From an uncultured Gemmatimonadales bacterium (GTDB lineage: Bacteria; Gemmatimonadota; Gemmatimonadetes; Longimicrobiales; Longimicrobiaceae): a stretch of DNA of 64,000 nt. Below are positions 8,467-17,097 of this stretch, piece after piece. The notes below the pieces were generated by a model that saw only the letters and a list, made by a program, of their open reading frames with translations, made no database searches and had not been told where the DNA came from. Numbering within the stretch: position 1 is the stretch's first letter; the number at the start of each line of letters is the position of its first letter. A program made the position numbers and the translations under genes. The stretch covers positions 1,024,001-1,088,000 of the forward strand of contig OY970303.1 in assembly GCA_963716255.1 (NCBI GenBank). The letters are read 5' to 3'.

Positions 8467-9560
8467 CAGAACAGCCCGTAGCGGCGCGTCAGCTCCCGCA
8501 CCGGCGTGTCGCGGTCGAAGAAGATCTCCGTCAGCGCGTCCTCGAAGCGTCCTCCCAGCTCGCGGACGGCCCGGTACGCGGGGTCGCCGTCCGCGTCGCC
8601 CGGCGCGAGATCCTTGAGGTGCTTTCTCCACCCCGCATCGTCCAGCAGGCCCAGGAACTCGTCGTAGGCCGCCAGCAGGCGCGCGGCCGGCCCGGAAAGC
8701 TCGTCGAGGTAGGCCAGCATCACTCCGGCCACGACGTCCAGGGGAGTAGTCTTCACCAGGCCCAGCAGGTGGTCGACCACGTCCCGGGTGCTCGCGAAGG
8801 GGCTGGGCGTGGCGCGGGCGGGAAGGAGGAGCCCGCACGAGAAGCAGCGCAGGAGGCCGGACGTGTACATCAGCTTGCGAGACATCCGCAGCTTGGCCGT
8901 GCGCAGCGCCCACCCCTCCGCGTTGCGGGCCCTGCGCTTGTGGGCGAAGTCCACCGTCATGGTGCGCCAGTACCGCACCACGTCGTTCAGCAGGAAGCGC
9001 GGAACGCCGTACGGCGTGTCCCGCGCCCCGACCAGGTCCTCCTCCACGTAGCGCGTGAGCACCTGCCGCACCACCCGCTCGTACGCCTCGGGGTTGCCGA
9101 CGGGAGCCGACTCGAGCAGCAGGAGAAGCCGCTGCGTCGTGTTGCGGTTGGTGTCGTCGTCGCCGCCGATCCTGTGGACGAGGTCGTGGCTGAAGGTGAG
9201 CTGCCCGAACGCTCCTCCCCGGGTGGGCGGGCGCAGCTTCGCCTCCTGGAGCCGCCCCTCTAGACGGTTCGCGAGACCCAGGTGGTCGGCCTCGGCGTCA
9301 CCGTCCACCAGCAGCGTCCAGTCGATGTCGCTGCCGCTGGTGAACTCGCGGCGGGCCAGCGAGCCGAAGACCACGCACGTCGCGTCCTTCCGGTACGAGA
9401 GCAGCGGGTCCAGAACCGCCCTGAGCCCCCGGAAATGCTCGTGGGAGCTTTCCCGCGCCGCGTCGACGTGCGGCAATGCCATCCCCAGGCGCGCCTGCAG
9501 CTCGGTCAGCGGCGAAGGCGCATCCGCACCGGCGGGCAGAGGGCCGTCGGCGTCGAGCAT
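8466..9560 (-). CDS. Pol-beta-fold nucleotidyltransferase with a C-terminal helical domain (GlnD/GlnE/DUF294-like)
   Basis: VVFGSLARREFTSGSDID (GS...DxD); TQRLLLLLES; RFLLNDVVRYWRTM. Confidence 0.8.
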   Translation of the reverse strand: MLDADGPLPAGADAPSPLTELQARLGMALPHVDAARESSHEHFRGLRAVLDPLLSYRKDATCVVFGSLARREFTSGSDIDWTLLVDGDAEADHLGLANRLEGRLQEAKLRPPTRGGAFGQLTFSHDLVHRIGGDDDTNRNTTQRLLLLLESAPVGNPEAYERVVRQVLTRYVEEDLVGARDTPYGVPRFLLNDVVRYWRTMTVDFAHKRRARNAEGWALRTAKLRMSRKLMYTSGLLRCFSCGLLLPARATPSPFASTRDVVDHLLGLVKTTPLDVVAGVMLAYLDELSGPAARLLAAYDEFLGLLDDAGWRKHLKDLAPGDADGDPAYRAVRELGGRFEDALTEIFFDRDTPVRELTRRYGLF

Positions 9561-9564
9561 CCGC

Positions 9565-10611
9565 CTACAGGTACCGGCAGACCGCGTCGCCGGCCGCGGC
9601 GGTGCCGAGCGAGCCGCCCAGGTCCGGCGTGGTCTGCCCCTCGTGGACGGCGCGCCGCACCGCCGCCTCCATCCGCTCCGCCGCCCCGGCGTGTCCCAGG
9701 TGCCGCATCATCAGCGCCGCCGTGAGCACCGCCGCGAACGGGTTCGCGGTCCCCTTCCCCGCGAGGTCCGGCGCCGAGCCGTGCACCGGCTCGAAGAGCG
9801 AAACCCGCCCCGGGTGGATGTTGCCCGACGCCGACAGCCCCAGCCCGCCCGCCAGCTGCGAGCCCAGGTCCGAGAGGATGTCGCCGAACAGGTTGCCCGT
9901 CACGATCACCCGGTAGCGCTCCGGGCGGCGCACCATGTCCATGGCGAGCATGTCCACGTACAGCGCCTCGCTCTGCACGTCCGGGTACTCCTGCGCCACC
10001 TCCCTGAACACCCGCCGCCAGAGCCCGCCCGCGTGCTCCATGGCGTTTGCCTTGTCGGACATGGTGACGCGCTCCAGGGCGTTCTCGCGCGCGTACTCGA
10101 AGGCCGCGCGGACGATGCGCTCCACCCCCTTGCGGGTGTTCACGTCCTCCTGCACCGCCACCTCGTCCGGCGTCCCCTTCTTGAACACGCCGCCCATCCC
10201 CACGTAGACCCCTTCCGTGTTCTCGCGGAAGATCACGAAGTCCACGTCCTTTTCCGTCTTGTCGCGGAGCGGGGTCAGGTCGGGGTGCAGCAGCCTGACC
10301 GGGCGGAAGTTGATGTACAGGTCCAGCTTGAAGCGCAGCCCCAGGAGGATGTCGCGGGCGTGCTCGTTGCCCGGCACCCGCGGGTCGCCCATGGCGCCCA
10401 GCAGGATGGCGTCGTAGTTGGCCGACAGGTCGCGGAACTCGTCGTCCGTGAGGGTGGTGCCGGTGGACAGGTAGTGGTCGGCGCCGTGCGGCCACTCCAC
10501 CATGTCCAGCTCCGGGCCGGCGGCGGCGGTCACGGCGCGCAGGACCTTGACGGCCTCGCGGGTGACCTCCGCGCCGACCCCGTCTCCTGCGATCACGGCG
10601 ATGCGGGGCAT
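9565..10611 (-). CDS. Isocitrate/isopropylmalate/tartrate dehydrogenase family protein (LeuB-like)
   Basis: IAVIAGDGVGAEV, RENTEG, NLFGDILSD, FEPVHGSAPD. Confidence 0.9.
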   Translation of the reverse strand: MPRIAVIAGDGVGAEVTREAVKVLRAVTAAAGPELDMVEWPHGADHYLSTGTTLTDDEFRDLSANYDAILLGAMGDPRVPGNEHARDILLGLRFKLDLYINFRPVRLLHPDLTPLRDKTEKDVDFVIFRENTEGVYVGMGGVFKKGTPDEVAVQEDVNTRKGVERIVRAAFEYARENALERVTMSDKANAMEHAGGLWRRVFREVAQEYPDVQSEALYVDMLAMDMVRRPERYRVIVTGNLFGDILSDLGSQLAGGLGLSASGNIHPGRVSLFEPVHGSAPDLAGKGTANPFAAVLTAALMMRHLGHAGAAERMEAAVRRAVHEGQTTPDLGGSLGTAAAGDAVCRYL

Positions 10612-10721
10612 GCGGAGTTCTGGTTTTGGTGCGGGAGTTGGATTTAGCGGGGGTTGAGGGTGGGAAGGTATTCGAAGATGCAGGGGGGGGCAAGGCGGGT
10701 GTCCACGGGATTTGGCGCGCG

Positions 10722-10870
10722 GGGCCGCTCCGGAGCCGGACGATACGGCCGTCCGTCTCCTGCGCGGGTCGCGGAGCCCCGCCAAACAACCGGCGGGTCT
10801 CCGCTCCGGCTGCGGGAGCCTCCTCGGTCGGGCGCAAACAGCCGCGCCCGCCCTGCGGGGTCTCCCTCCG
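10722..10870 (-). repeat. Repeat family R2, copy b (extended first arm)
   Basis: Reverse complement carries three GAGAC...GGCTC arms and ends CCGGAGCGGCCC. Confidence 0.85.
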
Positions 10871-10975
10871 CGACATCTTTTGGGAACGGCGGGAAACTGC
10901 TCACGACAACAAACCCTCCCCCAGAATCGGGGGAGGGTGGCGAGCCTCAAGCGAGCCGGGTGGGGGCCCGTCGTC

Positions 10976-11494
10976 CTACCGCGCTGCTGCCCCCGCGGTC
11001 GCGGCCGCCGTATCCGGCGCCGCGGTCGACTTTGCCTGCGACATGGAGAACACGTAGGCGGCCACCGCGCGCAGCTGCTCCTCGGAAAAGGCGCCTCCGC
11101 CGCGGGGCGGCATGGGCACGGGGTGCTGCCTGGGCTCCGGGACGCCGTCTTGGACCAGGCGCAGGATCTCCAGGTAGTCGCCCGACACGTTCAGCCACTC
11201 CCCGTCGCGGAGCGACGGGCCCAGCTGCGTCCCCCGGGCGTCCGGCCCGTGGCAGACCACGCAGGTAGTGCCGAACTGCTTCCGCCCCTCCGCGACCATC
11301 GCCGCCGTCACCCCGGCGGGGAGCGGCGCGCCCGACGCCTGCGGGAGCGCCGAGTCGTCCGGCTCCGCCCGGGCGGCGCTCTTCGCCTTTCCACCCGCCT
11401 CCGTCTCCCCGTCCCGGCCGCACCCCGCGAGCGGCGCCGACGCCAGGGCCAGCGCCGCCACGACCGCAAACAGCTCCGCTTTCCGCATTCTCAT
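10976..11494 (-). CDS. Mono-heme c-type cytochrome lipoprotein
   Basis: Lipobox LAGC; CVVCH heme motif; distal MPP. Confidence 0.85.
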   Translation of the reverse strand: MRMRKAELFAVVAALALASAPLAGCGRDGETEAGGKAKSAARAEPDDSALPQASGAPLPAGVTAAMVAEGRKQFGTTCVVCHGPDARGTQLGPSLRDGEWLNVSGDYLEILRLVQDGVPEPRQHPVPMPPRGGGAFSEEQLRAVAAYVFSMSQAKSTAAPDTAAATAGAAAR

Positions 11495-11552
11495 CTCGGC
11501 ACGAGTCGATGCCGGCCCCAGCCCACCGCCGGATGCCCGCTCGCCGCGCCCT

Positions 11553-11568
11553 TGCAAGCGTCGTTCCG
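11553..11568 (-). promoter_or_regulatory. Candidate sigma54 promoter
   Basis: CGGAACGACGCTTGCA upstream of the cytochrome c gene. Confidence 0.5.
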
Positions 11569-11576
11569 CCCCCGGG

Positions 11577-12302
11577 TCAGCGGTCGCCGGCCACGCGCTG
11601 CGGCAGGCCGCACCCAGCGCAGAACTTCCACTCCGGCTCCACCAGCTCCCCGCACCCCGCGCAGGGGAGTGGGCGCTGCGTCGCCCCGCAGTGCGGGCAG
11701 AAGCGCACCTCGCGCCCCTCCGGGAGCGGCGAGCGGCACGCGCGGCAGAGCGCCGGGCGCGGCGGCGCCGGCGCGCCCGCCCGCGGCGGGTGCGGCGCCG
11801 AGCGCATGGAGGGCGGCTCCGGGGCCGCGCCGCGCGGCGCGGCGTCGGGCATGGGAGGGCGCGCCGGCAGCGGGGCCGGCGGGATCGGTGCAGGCGCCGG
11901 CGGGGCGGCGGGCGCGGGAGCGTCCGGGTCCGCGGTCACGTCCTCGGGCGCGGGGGGCGTCGGCGCGGCCGGGCGGGGGCGCGGCGCCGGGTTCAGGCGC
12001 GCCACCACCGCCGCGTAGTCGCGGTACAGCCCCAGGATGGGGTTGGAGGCGCGCAGCTCGCGCTGCAGCTCCTCCTGCACCTCCGGGATCTCCAGCGACA
12101 CGTAGTCGCGCTCCCCGGCGAGCAGCCGCAACAGCGCGTGCTCATACTCCGGGAGCTCCGCGAAGCCCAGGTCCACCCGGGTGGTGCGGTAGGGGACGAG
12201 CTGCTGGTAGATCTCGGCGACGGTCAGCTCCCAGGACGTTCCCGGGCGCTCCCGGCGGAGGCTCTCCACCAGGCGCCAGTACAGCCGGTCGAGGGGATCC
12301 AT
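11577..12302 (-). CDS. Double zinc-ribbon domain protein with a Pro-rich linker
   Basis: C-terminal CRAC, CPHCG, CAGCG, CAGCG. Confidence 0.8.
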   Translation of the reverse strand: MDPLDRLYWRLVESLRRERPGTSWELTVAEIYQQLVPYRTTRVDLGFAELPEYEHALLRLLAGERDYVSLEIPEVQEELQRELRASNPILGLYRDYAAVVARLNPAPRPRPAAPTPPAPEDVTADPDAPAPAAPPAPAPIPPAPLPARPPMPDAAPRGAAPEPPSMRSAPHPPRAGAPAPPRPALCRACRSPLPEGREVRFCPHCGATQRPLPCAGCGELVEPEWKFCAGCGLPQRVAGDR

Positions 12303-12306
12303 TCGC

Positions 12307-13359
12307 TCAGGGCGAGAGGGGGAAGGGCGCGGCCTGCGCCGCGGCGCCCGCGCCGTTCAGGTAGGCGCGCGCCTCCGCGGGGGTGGACGGCGAATCGATG
12401 ATCCGCTGCGCGGCGTCGGGGCGGCCCGCCGCGCGCAGCGCGCGCACCAGCCCCACCCATCCCGCCGTGGACTTCTGGTCCAGCTGCACCGCCTGCTGGA
12501 GCGCCTTCACGGCCATGTCCGGGCGCCCGGCGTCCAGCATCAGGAAGCCCAGCTCGCGGTTCAGCGCCGGGTCGCGGGGCGCCGCCTCCAGCCCGCGGCG
12601 GATCTCCAGGCGCGCCTCGTTGAGCCGCCCGCCCTGCCGGTAGATGCGGGCCAGGAAGAGCCGGGGGCGCGGGTCCTCCGGGTCCGCCTCCACGGCGCCG
12701 CGCAGGTGCGGGAGCGCGGCCTCGGTCCGGCCGGCGCGCATCAGCGCCACGCCCTCCTCCAGCGCGCGGTCGCCCGAGCCCCGGCTCCACGCCCACCACC
12801 CCACGGCCGCCACCAGGATCAGCGCCAGCGCGCCCAGCGCCCACCCCAGCCCGCCGCGCGGCGCGCGCGACTCCGGCGGCACCGGGTGCACCAGCGGGTC
12901 CTCCTCCGCGAACACCGGCTCCTCCGGGACGGGGACCGGCGCGGGCGGGGGGGCCTCCGCCTCCCACTCCAGCCGCTCCACGAGGCGCAGCGCCAGCTCC
13001 GCGTCGCCGGGCTCCGGGAGCCCGCCCTCGCGCAGGCGCCGCGCCCTCGCCGACAGCTCGTGGAACGCCGCCGCCAGCTCGATGGAGATGCGGTCGCGGC
13101 GCCGCAGCTCCGCCACCAGGTCGGCCGCGGGGAGCTCGTCCGGGGCGAGCGCGCGCAGCCGCACCTCCAGGGGGGTGTGCGGATCGTCGCGCAGCAGGCG
13201 CCGGAGCGACGCCTCCGCCGCCCCCGTGAGCTGCACCACCGCGGCGCGGCGCGCCTGCGGGTCCGCGGTCCCCTCCCGCAGCAGCTCGGTCGCGCCGGAG
13301 GCCTTCCGCAGCGGCTTCAGCGCGGCATCACCCTCGTCGTCCATCGGCACCACGCGCAC
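12307..13359 (-). CDS. Membrane-anchored TPR protein (start uncertain, 13344-13359)
   Basis: Central TM segment followed by TPR-like helices. Confidence 0.75.
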   Translation of the reverse strand: MRVVPMDDEGDAALKPLRKASGATELLREGTADPQARRAAVVQLTGAAEASLRRLLRDDPHTPLEVRLRALAPDELPAADLVAELRRRDRISIELAAAFHELSARARRLREGGLPEPGDAELALRLVERLEWEAEAPPPAPVPVPEEPVFAEEDPLVHPVPPESRAPRGGLGWALGALALILVAAVGWWAWSRGSGDRALEEGVALMRAGRTEAALPHLRGAVEADPEDPRPRLFLARIYRQGGRLNEARLEIRRGLEAAPRDPALNRELGFLMLDAGRPDMAVKALQQAVQLDQKSTAGWVGLVRALRAAGRPDAAQRIIDSPSTPAEARAYLNGAGAAAQAAPFPLSP

Positions 13360-13487
13360 CTCCCGCGTTCAGCAGGTCGTCCCTCACCGGGGCGCACGCT
13401 CGTGGCAAGCGAAGGGCCCCGCGCCGGTTCCGCCCGCCCCTCATGCAAGGAGCGGGCACCGGCGCGGGGCCCCCGTACGAAACCGGC

Positions 13488-14636
13488 CTACGACTCGATC
13501 TCCAGGAGCCCGGCGCGGGCGCTCGCGCGCACGAAGGACTCCGCGTCGTCGCAGACCACGCGCTGCCCGGTGAGGACCCGCACCGACTCCGCCGAGCGGA
13601 TCATGAACGCCGCCAGCGAGTCGCCCGGGTGGGGAGAGGCGTCGCGCATGGCGCGCACGATCTCCTCCCAGCTCCCCGAGAACACCCGACCCTCCGGCGT
13701 GCGCACCCGGTGCGCCCCGGTCTGCACCGCCGCGGGGAGCGCCAGCGGCGCGGCCGCGGGCGGGAGCGCGCGGACCAGCGCCTCCACCTGCTCCAGCCGC
13801 GCAAGGGCGCGCTCCGCCGGGTCCTCGGCCTCGGCGGCCGCCTCGAACGCGGCCTCCACCTCGGCGAGCAGGTGCTCGATCTCGTCCGGCTCCCCCTCCA
13901 GTTCCTCCAGGCGGGTGCGCCAGGGGGCGAGCGCGTCGTCCGTTTCCGTCCAGCCGTCCTGCGAGCACTTGAGGTCGATGTAGCGCCACACGGACAGGGT
14001 GTCCCAGTGCTCCTGCGGGGGGACCCGCTCCAGGTCGCGGAGGGCGCCCTCGGCGTCGCCGCGGTCGTACAGCAGGTGCGCCAGGTAGATGCGCGCCTCG
14101 TGCAGCGCCGGGTCCAGCCGCAGCGAGCGACGCAGCTCGCGCCGCGCCCCGATGTCGTCGCCCAGGGCGTGCAGCGTGTAGCCGCGCGCCGCCGCCACCT
14201 CGGCGCTGTCCGGGTGCGCCGCCACCAGCGCGGTGAAGCGGTGGCGCGCGTGCGTGAACAGCCCCTCGCGGTACAGCGCCCGCCCGATGGCGAGCCCGAT
14301 CTCCAGGTCGTCCGACAGGCCCATGCCGTCGATGCGCCCGATGCACTCGAGCGCTCCATCCACGTCGCCGAACTTGAGGAGCGTCTCGCCGAGCCCCACC
14401 CAGGCGTCCTCGTACTCCTCGTCGATCTCCAGCGCGGTCTCGAAGGAGCGCCGCGCCCAGGCGTACTCTTCCCGGGCGATGCGGACGTACCCGATCCCCA
14501 CGTGCAGAAGCGCCGAGTCCGGGTGCTGGCGGACCCCCTCGCGGAGGACCTCCAGCGCGACCTCGTACTCGCCGGACTCGTAGAAGCGGTGCGCCCGCTC
14601 GTCGAACTCTTCGGAGCTCAGGAACGGATTCGCCAT
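13488..14636 (-). CDS. TPR repeat protein
   Basis: MANPFLSSEEF...; multiple TPR-like repeats (AWVGLGETLLKFG, ARGYTLHALG). Confidence 0.8.
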   Translation of the reverse strand: MANPFLSSEEFDERAHRFYESGEYEVALEVLREGVRQHPDSALLHVGIGYVRIAREEYAWARRSFETALEIDEEYEDAWVGLGETLLKFGDVDGALECIGRIDGMGLSDDLEIGLAIGRALYREGLFTHARHRFTALVAAHPDSAEVAAARGYTLHALGDDIGARRELRRSLRLDPALHEARIYLAHLLYDRGDAEGALRDLERVPPQEHWDTLSVWRYIDLKCSQDGWTETDDALAPWRTRLEELEGEPDEIEHLLAEVEAAFEAAAEAEDPAERALARLEQVEALVRALPPAAAPLALPAAVQTGAHRVRTPEGRVFSGSWEEIVRAMRDASPHPGDSLAAFMIRSAESVRVLTGQRVVCDDAESFVRASARAGLLEIES

Positions 14637-14851
14637 CGGTGCCCTTTCCCTGCGTTTTCTGGTGTCGCGGGAGCCCCGGTCCGCAGGCGGGCGGGGGCGC
14701 CCCGGCGCTCGCCGCATGCCACGCGGGAATCGCCGTTTACGAATATAATCCGCATCCTCCGGGCGACCAAGCCCCGGGACCGGGACCCGATCTTGCGCCG
14801 CGGCGCGCACGAGGGCATCTTGCACCCCCGCGCAACGACCCAGAGGGAGCC

Positions 14852-15205
14852 ATGTTCAACCTGTTCCGAAAGCGCCTCAGTGCGGAGGCCCGCCGCAAGC
14901 TGATGATCGCCGCCGCACGCTCGGAGGAGGCGGTCATCGAGACCCACATCGCCAACGCGCTCGACCTCCTGGACGACCTGGGCGACGAGGTGGACGTGGA
15001 CCGCGCCATGGAGATGTACGTGGACATGATGTCGCTCACCGAGACCGTCGCCTCGGTGGTCACCAACCGCGTCCTCGCACAGCTGGAAAGCACCGCGCCC
15101 CGCGGGGTGGTGGTGCGCGCCCGGCGCTTCGAGAACGTGTTCCGCGAGGAGCGCAAGCCGGAGCAGGGCCGCGGCAAGCGCGACAGCGGCCGCCCGCGCC
15201 GCTAG
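14852..15205 (+). CDS. Hypothetical protein (117 aa)
   Basis: GGGAG RBS, typical codon usage, followed by a terminator. Confidence 0.75.
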   Translation: MFNLFRKRLSAEARRKLMIAAARSEEAVIETHIANALDLLDDLGDEVDVDRAMEMYVDMMSLTETVASVVTNRVLAQLESTAPRGVVVRARRFENVFREERKPEQGRGKRDSGRPRR

Positions 15206-15228
15206 CTCCGCCCGTCCGTGGACGCCCC

Positions 15229-15268
15229 GCGCGGGCCGGCCCTTCCCGGGCCGGCCCGCGCTTCGTTT
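15229..15268 (+). terminator. Rho-independent terminator
   Basis: GCGCGGGCCGGCCC-TTCCC-GGGCCGGCCCGCGC followed by TTCGTTT. Confidence 0.7.
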
Positions 15269-15452
15269 CCGGACGCCGCCCCGACACCGCACGGTTCCTG
15301 TACACCCCGGGCAACGCGTTGCTCCGCAATGACTTGCCCCGGCTACCTCCCCGCCACCGTCCAGAATCTCGACACCCGCCGCCCCGCCGCGTCCCGCCTT
15401 CGCCGTCCCTCAAGCGACCACCATGCAACGAGTTGAGCCGCGGCACGGAGCG

Positions 15453-15468
15453 CGGACCGGCGCTTGCC
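15453..15468 (+). promoter_or_regulatory. Candidate sigma54 promoter
   Basis: CGGACCGGCGCTTGCC about 45 nt before ATG 15512. Confidence 0.4.
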
Positions 15469-15511
15469 TTCCTGGGGTCTCGTCCGCTGCACCCCCAACC
15501 CAGGCAGAGCC

Positions 15512-15850
15512 ATGATCGCACAGGCAACTCCCGCAGCCCGCCCCCTCAGCGCCCCTGGCACCCCCGCGATGGTGGGGAACCGAGTTCCTCTCCCGCACCG
15601 CTTCCACATGATGGATGGGCGGACCATCGTGGGGGATCTCCACAAGGCGCCGAGCGCGCGCCTGGCGGACCACCTGTCCACGCTCAAGGGATACATCTCG
15701 GTGACCAACGCCTGCTGCGAGGGCTCCGGGACCCACTTCCCCTACATCGTCGTGAACCAGGCCAACATCCTGTTCATCGAGGAGCTCGCCGCGCCGGCCG
15801 CCACGGTCAAGGTGACCACGCCGGGAGGGATCGGCCATGTTCCACGGTAG
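15512..15850 (+). CDS. Small beta-rich protein (DUF6812-like)
   Basis: IVGDLH...RLADHL...YISVTNA...YIVVNQANILFIEE; overlaps the next gene. Confidence 0.6.
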   Translation: MIAQATPAARPLSAPGTPAMVGNRVPLPHRFHMMDGRTIVGDLHKAPSARLADHLSTLKGYISVTNACCEGSGTHFPYIVVNQANILFIEELAAPAATVKVTTPGGIGHVPR

Positions 15851-16856
15851 AGTGCTGGTGGTCAGCGACCGCCGCGAGGTGGTGGACGAGCTGGACCCCG
15901 TGGTCCGGGCGGAGGGGCATCTGACGCTCACCGTCCCGAACGGGGAGGAGGCGCTGCGTGTCTTCGAGGAGGGGATCATCCCCGACGTGGTCGTCACGGA
16001 CCTGGGGTCGGGCGGCTCGCTGCAGGGGATCGGCTACCTGCGCCGCTTCCGCGAGCTCAACCAGCTGGGCCAGCACCTGGTGGTGGTGGAGTCGGGCGCG
16101 CCCTTTTCCGGCACCGCCACCGGCTCGTCCGCGGCGGGCTTCCGCGTGGAGCCGTTCACGGTGCTCCCCCGCCCGCTGGACCGCGAGCGGGTGCGCGGCT
16201 GCATCGCGGGCGCCATGGAGCGCATCCGCGCCGACCTGCAGTCGCTGCGGGGCGAGATGTTCCGGGAGACGGCCCGCCTGCAGCGCGCCATCCGCGAGGC
16301 GCAGCTGGAGATGGTCACCGCGCTGGCGATGACCATGGAGGCGAAGGACCCGTACATGCACGGCCACTGCTCGCGCGTGGCGGAGCTGTCGCGCCTGGTC
16401 GCCGTGGAGATGGGGGTGGACGAGGCGGACATCGAGATGCTGCACGCGGCGGCGCTGCTCCACGAGATCGGCAAGATGGGGGTGTCGCTGGAGCTGCTGC
16501 ACAAGACCACCCCGCTGTCGCCGGAGGAGCTGGAGCAGATCCGCGCGCACACGCGCGTGGGCGCGCAGATCGTGGGCGCCGTTCCCTCGCTGCGCCGCAT
16601 CGCCCCGCTGATCGCCAACCAGTACACGTCGTACGCCGAGCTCCCCGAGCACATCTCGCCGGAGCTGCCGGAGTTCCTCCTCGCCGGGATCCTGCGCGTG
16701 GTGGACACCTACGACGCCATGACCTCGGACCGCTCCTACCGCGAGACCCTTCCCCGCGAGCTGTGGGAATCGGTGCTGCGCGGCGGCGCCGGGAGCAAGT
16801 TCCACCCGGAGGCGGTGGTGGCGCTGCTGAGAGTGGAACGGGGAGTGCGAAAGTAG
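15837..16856 (+). CDS. Receiver + HD-GYP-like domain protein with degenerate motifs
   Basis: REC (PDVVVTD); AKDPYMHGHCSRV, LLHEIGK, VVDTYDAMTSDRSYR, GSKFHP. Confidence 0.85.
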   Translation: MFHGRVLVVSDRREVVDELDPVVRAEGHLTLTVPNGEEALRVFEEGIIPDVVVTDLGSGGSLQGIGYLRRFRELNQLGQHLVVVESGAPFSGTATGSSAAGFRVEPFTVLPRPLDRERVRGCIAGAMERIRADLQSLRGEMFRETARLQRAIREAQLEMVTALAMTMEAKDPYMHGHCSRVAELSRLVAVEMGVDEADIEMLHAAALLHEIGKMGVSLELLHKTTPLSPEELEQIRAHTRVGAQIVGAVPSLRRIAPLIANQYTSYAELPEHISPELPEFLLAGILRVVDTYDAMTSDRSYRETLPRELWESVLRGGAGSKFHPEAVVALLRVERGVRK

Positions 16857-16881
16857 AACCGGCCGTACGAAGTACGTGACG

Positions 16882-16913
16882 ACGCCCCCGCCGGGATCTC
16901 CCGGCGGGGGCGT
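16882..16913. terminator. Perfect hairpin between convergent genes
   Basis: ACGCCCCCGCCGGGA-TC-TCCCGGCGGGGGCGT. Confidence 0.6.
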
Positions 16914-16947
16914 TCTGCCGTTCTTGCAGTATCCATATGATCTTCGA

Positions 16948-17075
16948 CGGAGGGAGACTCGCCGGCTGTTTGGCGAGGCTCACTCCGGCGAGGTGAGACC
17001 CGGAGGCAGTTTCCCGGGGCTCGCCGAGCCCGCGGAGGAGACCGGCAGCAGTACCGCCGGGCTCCGGAGCGGCCC
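16948..17075 (+). repeat. Repeat family R2, copy c
   Basis: Three GAGAC...GGCTC arms. Confidence 0.9.
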
Positions 17076-17097
17076 GCCAAAGCCCGAGGCAACGAAA

